Below the pieces are notes generated by a model, which saw nothing but the letters and a program-made list of their open reading frames with translations, had not been told where the DNA came from and searched no databases. The position numbers and the translations under genes were made by a program. Positions 22,583 to 34,914 of a stretch of 64,000 nt of DNA are shown here, piece by piece; within the stretch, counting starts at the first letter, position 1; each line of letters opens with the position of its first letter. The stretch is from Mustelus asterias (lineage: Eukaryota): the NCBI RefSeq assembly GCF_964213995.1, contig NC_135830.1, positions 19,344,001 through 19,408,000 of the forward strand, in the 5' to 3' direction.

Positions 22583-24669
22583 TCTCAGTTAACACGCAAC
22601 ACCGAGATCAGCTTAGAATCAGGAGATGAAAGTTCACCGGGAGGCAAATGTTTTCTTCGTGTCCAGTTTAGTGCCGTGTTTCTGTTGAACTAACAACAGT
22701 AGGCGGGTTCTCCTTTAACCATCCACACTGAGCGCTGAACACTGATACCAGCTCACATGGCCTTTAAACACTCACCTGACCCGCCCAGATTAAAGATTTC
22801 TCATGCCTCACACTGCTCTCTGCCGGTGCATACTGGTAATTGCAGGGTGCAATTCTTCACTTGGACTGTCGACAAGTTGCAATTCACAAGATAGTTGCAA
22901 ATGAGAACAGTTGTTTACTCTTTCCTGTTATAGACCGTTTATTGCGGGAGAGCTTAAACTCTCGTTTATTCTACTATCCAACGATTGCAATGTATTTTCC
23001 CCTCTCATTCTTGCTGAAATTTTATTCCACACTGTGACCATTCCTGGTGTGACAAGAAGAAGGCCCAGATGTTAGTCCTAAAATATCGTTCGATAATTTC
23101 GGAACTTGTGTAACGGGAACTTGTCTGTCTATCGAATATTTGTTGCATAACCACCGGAATAGCAACATTGAAAACTCATAAGAATATTTTTTTTAAATAC
23201 TAAGTTTGATATCAGTGTTGAATTATGTTTCCGTTTCCTCATTTGTTCCTCCAAACAAATTTTCTTCAATAAAGACACTCGCTCCGATATTGAACTTAAT
23301 ACAGTGTCCTTCTCCCCTCTACTGGGGGCAAAAAGCACTACAATATACAACTTTAAAACAACCTGCTGCACTTTTGGAACCAAGATTGTTTCCAACAATT
23401 GCCGATCATACACTTTCCCTAGGATGAAGTATATTTTTCATTTTTCTTCTTTTGGAATGCGCCTGGTGGTATCGAACCCGACTTGCATCATTGCAACTCA
23501 TTGATCATCCGGTGTTCCAACATTTTCTTCAGAGCGGAGTCATCGATATTGTGTCACTCCGCCCCTTTCCTCAGGAGTTCAGGTAAATGGAAAATAGATG
23601 ACTTTAAAATCTCCTTGTAATACAAGATGCGAGTTGGGGGGGATATTGGTAACTGGGTCTAACAGCTGGAAATACAGCAGTGTTCATTCTGACAAAATAC
23701 ACGATTGATTGTGATGATCAAGCAGTTTGCCAAAACCGACTTCTTCGCAACCCGACATTTTGAAAAAACACCATTATGTTAGCCAACTCTGGGCTGCAGC
23801 TGAGAAAAGATGCCGTTGAATCCTGCGTCCAAACTCTCACAGCGTTGGAAACCAGTTGAACCCTGGTACAGGTACTTCCCCACCTTTGTCGATCAAATCC
23901 CCAGCCGACTGCCGTCAATTATAAGGGCGAGCAGATGTGAAGGTTGTCTGGGCTAACCAATCCGTTACCGTGAACACGATGTTTTGAATAAGAATGCTGC
24001 GAAAATAGCAAGTGATCAAGACCCTAAAATCAGGGACTACATGCGGAATCCACCCACTCTCATTCTGCGTAAATCTATTAAACAGCCAGTTCCATCCCTC
24101 CATTTATCCGATTTAAAGGATGATGTTTGGCTATTTACCGCATTGTTATAGTCAATTCCCTCAGGACTCAGTGACCTCTTGCATCAGCTACGGGGAGCTT
24201 TCACAGTCAGAGAGCAGCTCTTTTAATTTGGGTTCCGGTTATGATCCAGGAACAACATTGCCTGATTTAAAAATAAAAGCAAATCACTGTTGATGCTGGA
24301 ATCTGAAGCCGAAAGAGAAAATGCTGGAAAATCCCAACAGGTCTGGAAGCATCTGTGAGGAGAGAAAAGAGCTGACGTTTCGAGTCCAGATGACCCTTTG
24401 CCAAAGATAGAAGGCATAGAAAGTGGGAGATATTGCTGTGAGGCAGCAGTAGTAACTGCTGTGCTGCCGTGCCGCCCACTCATTCTGACTTACATGTAAC
24501 CGCTTCCATTTTCTTCAAAAGCAGTTCCAGCTCTCTTCGTTTTAACCTTTTAAAAATTTTCTGATTCAAGATATGTTTTGCTCTTTCCCCTTACCCTGGG
24601 GATTTAATACCGCGCTTCTTAAATTGTTGGTGTTTCAGGCATGGCGGAGCGTGTTTTGAAAACGGTGCA

Positions 24670-24708
24670 GGTTTTTGTACGAGATCTCCCTGTGTTTGCA
24701 ACACTGTG
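24670..24708 (-). promoter_or_regulatory. 23-RSS of array V3
   Basis: CACAGTG-23-ACAAAAACC. Confidence 0.95.
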
Positions 24709-25041
24709 CCTCATGGCGCAAAGATAGGTGGCAGCGTCTGAAACCTGTACGTCTCTCACGGTCAGGATGCTGAGTTTGTTGCTTTCAACGATCGAAGCAG
24801 TGATCCTCCCATGTTGATCGGTTCCTCTTGTGGCCATCACCAGATGCTGGGGTGACTGATTCGGGAGCTGTTTGTACCAACGCAGGGTCTGTAACGTACT
24901 GGAGATGGTACAGTTCATGGATACATTTCCCGCTTCACTGACAACCATCCGTGGGGGGAGCTGCAGCAACTCAGCTTCTCCGGTCACCCCCGTACAGATC
25001 AGAGTGAAAAACAACAAAAAGTCGATGCAAATCTTGAGCAT
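24709..25041 (-). CDS. Intronless TRAV-like segment, copy 3
   Basis: CDR1 ISSTLQTLR; ends YLCAMR. Confidence 0.92.
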
Positions 25042-27129
25042 TCTCAGTTAACACGCAACACCGAGATCAGCTTAGAAGCAGGAGATGAAAGTTCACCTGG
25101 AGGCAAATGCTTTCTTCGTGTCCAGATTAGTGCCGTGTTTCTGTTGAACTAACAACAGTAGGCGGGTTCTCCTTTAACCATCCACACTGAGCGCTGAACA
25201 CTGATACCAGCTCACACAGCATTTAAGCACGCACCTGACCCGCCCAGATTAAATATTTCTCATGCCTCACACTGCTCTCTGCCGGTGCATACTGGTAATT
25301 GCAGGGTGCAATTCTTCACTTGGACTGTCGACAAGTTGCAATTCACAAGATAGTTGCAAATGAGAACAGTTGTTTACTCTTTCCTGTTATAGACCTTTTA
25401 TTGCGGGAGAGCTTACAACTCTCGTTTATTCTACTATCCAACGATTGCAATGTATTTTCCCCTCTCATTCTTGCTGAAATTTTATTCCACACTGTGACCA
25501 TTCCTGGTGTGACAAGAAGAAGGCCCAGATGTTAGTCCTAAAATATCGTTCGATAATTTCGGAACTTGTGTAACGGGAACTTGTCTGTCTATCGAATATT
25601 TGTTGCATAACCACCGGAATAGCAACATTGAAAACTCATAAGAATATTTTTTTTAAATAATAAGTTTGATATCAGTGTTGAATTATGTTTCCGTTTCCTC
25701 ATTTGTTCCTCCAAACAAATTTTCTTCAATAAAGACACTCGCTCCGATATTGAACTTAATACAGTGTCCTTCTCCTCTCTACTGGGGGCAAAAAGCACTA
25801 CAATATACAACTTTAAAACAACCTGCTGCACTTTTGGAACCAAGATTGTTTCCAACAATTGCCGATCATACACTTTCCCTAGTATGAAGTATATTTTTCA
25901 TTTTTCTTCTTTTGGAATGCGCCTGGTGGTATCGAACCTGACTTTCATCATTGCAACTCATTGATCATCCGGTGTTCCAACATTTTCTTCAGAGCGGAGT
26001 CATCGATATTGTGTCACTCCGCCCCTTTCCTCAGGAGTTCAGGTAAATGGAAAATAGATGACTTTAAAATCTCCTTGTAATACAAGATGCGAGTTGGGGG
26101 GGATATTGGTAACTGGGTCTAACAGCTGGAAATACAGCAGTGTTAATTCTGACAAAATGCGCGATTGATTGTGATGATCAAGCAGTTTGCCAAAACCGAC
26201 TTCTTCGCAATCCGACATTTTGAAAAAACACCATTATGTTAGCCAACTCTGGGCTGCAGCTGAGCAAAGCTGCCGCTTAATCCTGCGTCCAAACTCTCAC
26301 AGCGTTGGAAACCAGTTGAACCCTGGTACAGGTACTTCCCCAGCTTTGTAGATCAAATCCCCAGCCTACTGCGGTCAATTATAAGGGCGAGCAGATGTGA
26401 AGGCTATCCGGACTAACCAATCCGTTACCGTGAACACGATGTTTTGAATAAGAATGCTGCGAAAATTGCAAGTGATCAAGATCCTAAAATCAGGGACTAC
26501 ATGCGGAGTCCACACACTCTCATTCTGCGTAAATCTATGAAACAGCCAGTTCCATCCCTCCATTTATCCGATATAAAGGATGAAGCTTGGCTATTTACCG
26601 CATTGTTATAGTCAATTCCCTCAGGACTCAGTGACCTCTTGCATCAGCTACGGGGAGCTTTCACAGTCAGAGAGCAGCTCTTTTAATTTGGGTTCCGGTT
26701 ATGATCCAGGAACAACATTGCCTGATTTAAAAATAAAAGCAAATCACTGCGGATGCTGGAATCTGAAGCCGAAAGAGAAAATGCTGGAAAATCTCAACAG
26801 GTCTGGAAGCATCTGTGAGGAGAGAAAAGAGCTGACGTTTCGAGTCCAGATGACCCTTTGCCAAAGCGAAAAGGCATAGAAAGTGGGAGATATTGCTGTG
26901 AGGCAGCAGTAGTAATTGTTGTGCTACCGGGCCGCCCACGCATTCTGACTTACATGTAACCGCTTCCATTTTCTTCAAAAGCAGTTTCAGCCCTATTCGT
27001 ATTAATCTTTCTAAATTTTTATGATTCAAGATATGTTTTGCTCTTTCCCCTTACCCTGGGGATTTAATACCACGCTTCTTAAAATGCTGATATTTTAGGC
27101 ATGACGGAGCGTGTTTTGAAAACGGTGCA

Positions 27130-27168
27130 GGTTTTTGTACGAGATCTCCCTGTGTTTGCAACACTGTG
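27130..27168 (-). promoter_or_regulatory. 23-RSS of array V4
   Basis: CACAGTG-23-ACAAAAACC. Confidence 0.95.
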
Positions 27169-27501
27169 CCTCACGGCGCAAAGATAGGTGGCAGCGTCTG
27201 AAACCTGTACGTCTCTCACGGTCAGGATGCTGAGTTTGTTGCTTTCAACGATCGAAGCAGTGATCCTCCCATGTTGATCGGTTCCTCTTGTGGCCATCAC
27301 CAGATGCTGGGGTGACTGATTCGGGAGCTGTTTGTACCAACGCAGGGTGTTAAACGTAATGGAGATGGTACAGTTCATGGATACATTTCCCGCTTCACTG
27401 ACAACCATCCGTGGAGGGAGCTGCAGCAACTCAGCTTCTCCGGTCACCCCCGTACAGATCAGAGTGAAAAACAACAAAACGTCGATGCAAATCTTGAGCA
27501 T
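27169..27501 (-). CDS. Intronless TRAV-like segment, copy 4
   Basis: CDR1 ISITFNTLR; ends YLCAVR. Confidence 0.92.
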
Positions 27502-29579
27502 TCTCAGTTAATATGCAACACCGAGATCAGCTTAGAACCAGGAGATGAAAGTTAACCGGGAGGCAAATGCTTTCTTCGTGTCCAGTTTAGTGCCGTGTTT
27601 CTGTTGAACTAACAACAGTAGGCAGGTTCTCCTTTAACCATCCACACTGAGCGCTGAACACTGATACCAGCTCACAAAGCCTTTAAAGACTCACCTGACC
27701 CGCCCAGATTAAAGATTTCTCATGCCTCACACTGCTCTCTGCTGGTGCACGCTGGTAGTTGCAGGGTGCAATTCCTCACTTGGAGTGGCAACAAGTTGCA
27801 GTTCACAAGATAGTTGCAAATGAGAACAGTTGTTTACTCTTTCCTGTTAGAGACCTTTTATTGCGGGAGAGCTTACAACTCTCGTTTATTCGACTATCCA
27901 ACGATTGCAATGTATTTTCCCCTCTCATTCTTGCTGAAGTTTTATTCCACACTGTGACTAGTCCTGGTGTGACAAGAAGAAGGCCCAGATGTTAGTCCTA
28001 AAATATCGATCGATAATTTGGGAACTTGTGTAATGGGAACTGGTCCATCTATCGAATATTTGTTACATAACCACAGGAATGGCAACACTGAATATTTTTT
28101 AAAATAACAAGTTTGATATCAGTGTTATAATTATGTTTCCGTTTCCTCATTTGTTCCTTCAAACAAATTTTCTTCAATAAAGACACTCGGTCCAACATTG
28201 AACTTAATTCAGTGTCATTCTGCCCTCTTCTGGGGGCAAAAAGCAGTACGACATACAACTATAAAACAACCTGCTCCACTTCTGGAACCAAGATTGATTC
28301 CAACAATTGCCGATCATACACGTTCCCCAGTATGAAGTATATTTTTCATTTTTCTTCTTTTGGATTGCGCCTGGTGGTATGGAACCTGACTTTCATTATT
28401 GCAACTCATTGATCATCCGGTGTTCCAACATTTTCCTCAGTGCGGAGTCGTGGATATTGTGTCACTCCGCCCCTTTCCTCAGGAGTTCAGATAAATGGAA
28501 AATAGATGACTTTAAAATCTCCTTCTATTACAAGATGCGAGTTGAGGGGGGATATTGGGAACTGGGTCTAACAGCTTGAAATACAGCAGTGTTAATTCTG
28601 ACAAAATACACGATTGATTGTGATGATCAAGCAGTTTTACCAAAACCGACTTCTTCGCAACCCTACGTTTTGAAAAAGCACCATCATGTGATCCAACTCT
28701 GGGCTGCAGCTGAGCAAAGCTGCCGCTTCATCCTGCGTCCAAACTCTCACAGCGTTGGAAACCAGTTGAACCCTGGTACAGGTACTTCCCCAGCTTTGTA
28801 GATCAAATCCCCAGCCTACTGCGGCCAATTATAAGGGCGAGCAGATGTGAAGGCTATCTGGACTAACCAATCCGTTACCGTGAACATGATGTTTTGAATA
28901 AGAATGCTGCGAAAATTGCAAGTGATCAAGATTCTAAAATCAGGGACGACATGCGGAGTCCACCCACTCTCATTCTGCGTCAATCTATTAAACAGCCAGT
29001 TCCATCCCTCCATTTATCCGATTTAAAGGATGATGCTTGGCTATTTACCGCATTGTTATAGTCAATTCCCTCAGGACTCAGTGACCTCTTGCATCAGCTA
29101 CGGGGAGCTTTCACAGTCAGAGAGCAGCTCTTTTAATTTGGGTTCCGGTTATGATCCAGGAACAACATTGCCTGATTTAAAAATAAAAGCAAATCACTGC
29201 TGATGCTGGAATCTGAAGCCGAAAGAGAAAATGCTGGAAAATCTCAACAGGTCTGGAAGCATCTGTGAGCAGAGAAAAGAGCTGACGTTTCGAGTCCAGA
29301 TGCCCCTTTGCCAAAGCTAAAAGGCATAGAAAGTGGGAGATATTGCTGTGAGGCAGCAGTAGTAACTGCTGTGCTACCGTGCCGCCTACTCATTCTGACT
29401 TACATGTAACCGCTTCCATTTTCTTCAAATGCAGTTCCAGCTCTCTGCGTTTTAACCTTTCTAAAATTTTCTGATTCAAGATATGTTTTGCTCTTTCCCC
29501 TTACCCTGGGGATTTAATACCCCGCTTCTTAAACTGCTGATATTTCAGGCATGGCGGAGCGTGTTTTGAAAACGGTGCA

Positions 29580-29618
29580 GGTTTTTGTACGAGATCTCCC
29601 TGTGTTTGCAACAGTGTG
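29580..29618 (-). promoter_or_regulatory. 23-RSS of array V5 (variant heptamer)
   Basis: CACACTG-23-ACAAAAACC. Confidence 0.9.
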
Positions 29619-29951
29619 CCTCTCGGCGCAAAGATAGGTGGCAGCGTCTGAAACCTGTACGTCTCTCACGGTCAGGATGCTGAGTTTGTTGCTTTCAACG
29701 ATCGAAGCAGTGATCCTCCCGTGTTGATCGGTTCCTCTTGTGGCCATCACCAGATGCTGGGGTGACTGATTCGGGAGCTGTTTGTACCAACGCAGGGTGT
29801 TAAACGTAATGGAGCCGGTGCAGTTCATGGATACATTTCCCGCTTCACTGACAACCATCCGTGGAGGGAGCTGCAGCAACTCAGCTTCTCCGGTCACCCC
29901 CGTACAGATCAGAGTGAAAAACAACAAAAAGTCGATGCAAACCTTGAGCAT
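29619..29951 (-). CDS. Intronless TRAV-like segment, copy 5
   Basis: CDR1 GSITFNTLR; ends YLCAER. Confidence 0.92.
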
Positions 29952-30524
29952 TCTCAGTTAACACGCAACACCGAGATCAGCTTAGAACCAGGAGATGAAA
30001 GTTAACCGGGAGGCAAATGCTTTCTTCGTGTCCAGTTTAGTGCCGTGTTTCTGTTGAACTAGCAACAGTAGGCAGGTTCTCCTTTAACCATCCACACTGA
30101 GCGCTTAACACTGATACCAGCTCACAAAGCCTTTGAAGACTCACCTGACCCGCCCAGATTAAAGATTTCTCATGCCTCACACTGCTCTCTGCTGGTGCAC
30201 GCTGGTAGTTGCAGGGTGCAATTCTTTACTTGGGCTGTCGACAAGTTGCAGTTCACAAGATGGTTGCAAATGAGAACAATTGTTTACTCTTTCCTGTTAT
30301 GGAACTTTTATTGCGGGCCAGCTTATACCTCTCGTTTATTCTACTATCCAACGATTGCAATGTATTTTCCCCTCTCATTCTTGCGGAAGTTTTATTCCAC
30401 ACTGTGACCAGTCCCAGTGTGACAAGAAGAAGGCCCAGATGTTAGTCCTAAAATAGCGTTCGATAATTTAGGAACTTGTGTCATGGGAACTGGTCTATCT
30501 ATCGAATATTAGTCACATAACAAC

Positions 30525-30857
30525 TCTCGGCCTTTTGGCTAAGATCAAGTGTATGGACGGCAGCCCATGGTCGGCCGCACTTGGTCGAGGTCATTAGATT
30601 ACGCTGAGGCTTCATATGTTTCATATGAAGCAATTTTTAAAAGCGGCATCTCGGCCTTTTGGCTAAGATGCAAATGAGCTCAAGTCTTGGAGGAGGAACC
30701 TCCCCCTTCTCCAATCAGCTTGGCTCATGTAGATCAGGCCCAGGACAGGGTGGTTTGGTCGCTCGCCCTGTCTTGTCAGCCTGGATCTGAAATGTCTCAA
30801 CTTGTTGAGACTCTGAATTGGATTTGATTTGATTGAATTGGAAAAGTATTTTAAAAA
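30525..30857 (+). mobile_element. U2 snRNA-headed SINE-like retroposon with target-site duplication
   Basis: Starts with U2 nt 7-35 (TCTCGGCCTTTTGGCTAAGATCAAGTGTA). A second U2 nt 7-27 copy is at 30649-30669. Short A tail. TSD (A)TTAGTCACATAACAAC at 30508-30524 and 30858-30874. Absent from the 11 sibling units. Confidence 0.9.
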
Positions 30858-31200
30858 ATTAGTCACATAACAACAGGAATGGCAACATTGAAAATTCACA
30901 AGAATATTTTTTAAAATAACAAGTTTGATATCAGTGTTATAACTATGTTTCCGTTTCCTCATTTGTTGCACCAAACAAATTTTCTTCAATAAAGACAGTG
31001 GCTCCGATATTGAACTTAATTCAGTGTCCTTCTGCCCTCTCCTGGGGTCAAAAGGCACTACAATATACAACTTTAAAACAACCTGCTGCACTTTTGGAAC
31101 CAAGATTGATTCCAACAATTGCCGAACATACACTTTCCCCAGTATGAAGTATATTTTTCATTTATCTTCTTTTGGAATGCGCCTGGTAGTATCGAACCTG

Positions 31201-33350
31201 AACAAAGAACAAAGAACAAAGAACAGTACAGCACAGGAAACAGGCCCTTCGGCCCTCCAAGCCTGTGCCGCCCCTTGGTCCAACTAGACCAATCGTTTGT
31301 ATCCCTCCATTCCCAGGCTGCTCATGTGACTATCCAGGTAAGTCTTAAACGATGTCAGCGTGCCTGCCTCCACCACCCTACTTGGCAGCGCATTCCAGGC
31401 CCCCACCACCCTCTGTGTAAAAAACGTCCCTCTGATGTCTGAGTTATACTTCGCCCCTCTCAGCTTGAGCCCGTGACCCCTCGTGATCGTCACCTCCGAC
31501 CTGGGAAAAAGCTTCCCACTGTTCACCCTATCTATACCCTTCATAATCTTGTACACCTCTATTAGATCTCCCCTCATTCTCCGTCTTTCCAAGGAGAACA
31601 ACCCCAGTCTACCCAATCTCTCCTCATAGCTAAGACCCTCCATACCAGGCAACATCCTGGTAAACCTTCTCTGCACTCTCTCCAATGCCTCCACGTCCTT
31701 CTGGTAGTGCGGCGACCAGAACTGGACGTAGTACTCCAAATGTTGCCTAACCAGCGTTCTATACAGCTGCATCATCAGACTCCAGCTTTTATACTCTATA
31801 CCCCGTCCTATAAAGGCAAGCATACCATATGCCTTCTTCACCACCTTCTCCACCTGTGTTGCCACCTTCAAGGATTTGTGGACTTGCACACCGAGGTCCC
31901 TCTGTGTTTCTATACTCCTGATGACTCTGCCATTTATTGTATAACTCCTCCCTACATTATTTCTTCCAAAATGCATCACTTCGCATTTATCCGGATTAAA
32001 CTCCATCTGCCACCTCTCCGCCCAATTTTCCAGCCTATCTATATCCTGCAGTATTGCCCGACAATGCTCGTCGCTATCCGCAATTCCAGCCATCTTCGTG
32101 TCATCCGCAAACTTGCTGATTACACCAGTTACACCTTCTTCCAAATCATTTATATATATCACAAATAGCAGAGGTCCCAGTACAGAGCCCTGCGGAACAC
32201 CACTGGTCACAGACCTCCAGCCGGAAAAAGACCCTTCGACCACTACCCTCTGTCTCCTATGGCCAAGCCAGTTCTCCACCCATCTAGCCACTTCTCCTTG
32301 TATCCCATGAGCCTTAACCTTCTTAACCAACCTGCCATGTGGGACTTTGTCAAATGCCTTACTGAAATCCATATAGACGACATCCACGGCCCTTCCTTCA
32401 TCAACCGTTTTTGTTACTTCCTCAAAAAACTCCACCAAATTTGTAAGGCACCACCTCCCTCTTACAAAACCATGCTGTCTGTCACTAATGAGATTGTTCC
32501 GTTCTAAATGCACATACATCCTGTCTCTAAGAATCCTCTCCAACAACTTCCCTACCACGGACGTCAAGCTCACCGGCCTATAATTTCCTGGGTTATCCCT
32601 GCTACCCTTCTTAAACAACGGGACCACATTCGCTATCCTCCAATCCTCAGCGACCTCACCCATGTCCAAAGAAGCGACAAAGATTTCCGTCAGAGGCCCA
32701 GCAATTTCACCTCTCGTCTCCCTGAGCAGTCGAGGATAGATGCCATCAGGCCCTGGGGCTTTGTCAGTTTTAATGTTCCCTAAAAAACCTAACACTTCCT
32801 CTCTTGTAATGGAGATTTTCTCTAACGGGTCAACACCTCCCTCCGAGACACTCCCGGTTAACACGCCCCTCTCCTTCGTGAATACCGATGCAAAGTATTC
32901 ATTTAGGATCTCCCCTATTCCCTTGGGTTCTAAGCATAATTCCCCTCCTTTGTCCCTGAGAGGTCCGATTTTCTCCCTGACAACTCGTTTGTTCCGAACG
33001 TATGAAAAGAATGCCTTAGGATTCTCCTTAATCCTGCCTGCCAAGAACATCTCGTGACCTCTTTTTGCCCTTCGAACTCCCCGTTTGAGATCTTTCCTAC
33101 TCTCTCTGTATTCCTCCAGAGCTCCATCTGTTTTCAGTTGCCTGGACTTCACGTACGCCTCCCTTTTCAATTTAATCAGATCCTCAATTTCCCTGGTTAT
33201 CCACGGCGCTCGAAATCTACCGTTCCTATCTTTCCTTTTTACAGGCACATGCCTATCCTGCAGCCTTATCAATAGTTCCTTAAAAGACTCCCACAGGCCA
33301 GACGCGGACTTACCCACGAACATCCTCTCCCAATCAACATCCACCAATTC
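31201..33350 (-). mobile_element. 5'-truncated young CR1 LINE inserted in array unit 5; open RT frame from about 33350 to 31284
   Basis: About 690 aa uninterrupted, with PGPDG, NYRPVSLTS, QHGF, DFSKAFD, GVPQGSVLGP, KFADDTK. (AACAAAG)n tail. Flanked by CCTGA on both sides; sibling units read GAACCTGACTTTC. Confidence 0.95.
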
Positions 33351-34542
33351 CTGACTTTCATTATTGCAACTCATTGATCATCCGGTGCTGCAACATTTTC
33401 TTCAGAGCGGAGTCATGGAAATTGTGTCACTCCGCCCCTTTCCTCAGGACTTCAGATAAATGGAAAATAGATGACTTTAAAATTTCCTTCTAATACAAGA
33501 TGCGAGTTGGGGGGGATATTGGTAATTGGGTCTAACAGCTTGAAATACAGCAGTGTTAATTCTGACGAAATACACGATTGATTGTGATGATCAAGCAGTT
33601 TGCCAAAACCGACTTCTTCGCAACCCGACATTTTGAAAAAACACCATTATGTTAGCCAACTCTGGGCTGCAGCTGAGCAAAGCTGCCGCTTAAACCTGCG
33701 TCCAAACTCTCACAGCGTTGGAAACCAGTTGAACCCTGGTACAGGTACTTCCCCAGCTTTGTAGATCAAATCCCCAGCCTACTGCGGTCAATTATAAGGG
33801 CGAGCAGATGTGAAGGTTGTCTGGGCTAACCAATCCGTTACTGTGAACACGATGTTTTGAATAAGAATGCTGCGAAAATTGCAAGTGATCAAGATCCTAA
33901 AATCAGGGACTACATGCGGAGTCCACCCACTCTCATTCTCCGTAAATCTATGAAACAGCCAGTTCCATCCCTCCATTTATCCGATTTAAAGGATGATGCT
34001 TGGCTATTTACCGCATTGTTATAGTCAATTCCCTCAGGACTCTGTGACCTCTTGCATCAGCTACGGGGAGCTTTCACAGTCAGAGAGCAGCTCTTTTAAT
34101 TTGGGTTCCGGTTATGATCCAGGAACAACATTGCCTGATTTAAAAATAAAAGCAAATCACTGCGGATGCTGGAATCTGAAGCAGAAAGAGAAAATGCCGG
34201 AAAATCTCAACAGGTCTGGAAGCATCTGTGAGGAGAGAAAAGAGCTGACGTTTCGAGTCCAGATGCCCCTTTGCCAAAGCTAAAAGGCATAGAAAGTGGG
34301 AGATATTGCTGTGAGGCAGCAGTAGTAACTGCTGTGCTACCGTGCCGCCCACTCATTCTGACTTACATGTAACCGCTTCCATTTTCTTCAAAAGCAGTTC
34401 CAGCTCTCTTCGTTTTAACCTTTTAAAAATTTTCTGATTCAAGATATGTTTTGCTCTTTCCCCTTACCCTGGGGATTTAATACCGCGCTTCTTAAATTGT
34501 TGGTGTTTCAGGCATGGCGGAGCGTGTTTTGAAAACGGTGCA

Positions 34543-34581
34543 GGTTTTTGTACGAGATCTCCCTGTGTTTGCAACAGTGTG
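34543..34581 (-). promoter_or_regulatory. 23-RSS of array V6 (variant heptamer)
   Basis: CACACTG-23-ACAAAAACC. Confidence 0.9.
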
Positions 34582-34914
34582 CCTCACGGCGCAAAGATAG
34601 GTGGCAGCGTCTGAAACCTGTACGTCTCTCACGGTCAGGATGCTGAGTTTGTTGCTTTCAACGATCGAAGCAGTGATCCTCCCATGTTGATCGGTTCCTC
34701 TTGTGGCCATCACCAGATGCTGGGGTGACTGATTCGGGAGCTGTTTGTACCAACGCAGGGTCTGTAACGTACTGGAGATGGTACAGTTCATGGATACATT
34801 TCCCGCTTCACTGACAACCATCCGTGGAGGGAGCTGCAGCAACTCAGCTCCTCCGGTCACCCCCGTACAGATCAGAGTGAAAAACAACAAAAAGTCGATG
34901 CAAATCTTGAGCAT
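34582..34914 (-). CDS. Intronless TRAV-like segment, copy 6
   Basis: CDR1 ISSTLQTLR; ends YLCAVR. Confidence 0.92.

Noticed and set aside
23458-23480. tRNA gene in each array unit (minus-strand GGTTCGATACCACCAGGCGCA)
   Set aside because: B-box-like only; I could not find an A box or a cloverleaf.
30525-30553. Functional U2 snRNA gene
   Set aside because: Only nt 7-35 are present, with no Sm site or 3' stem-loops, and the segment is flanked by a TSD.
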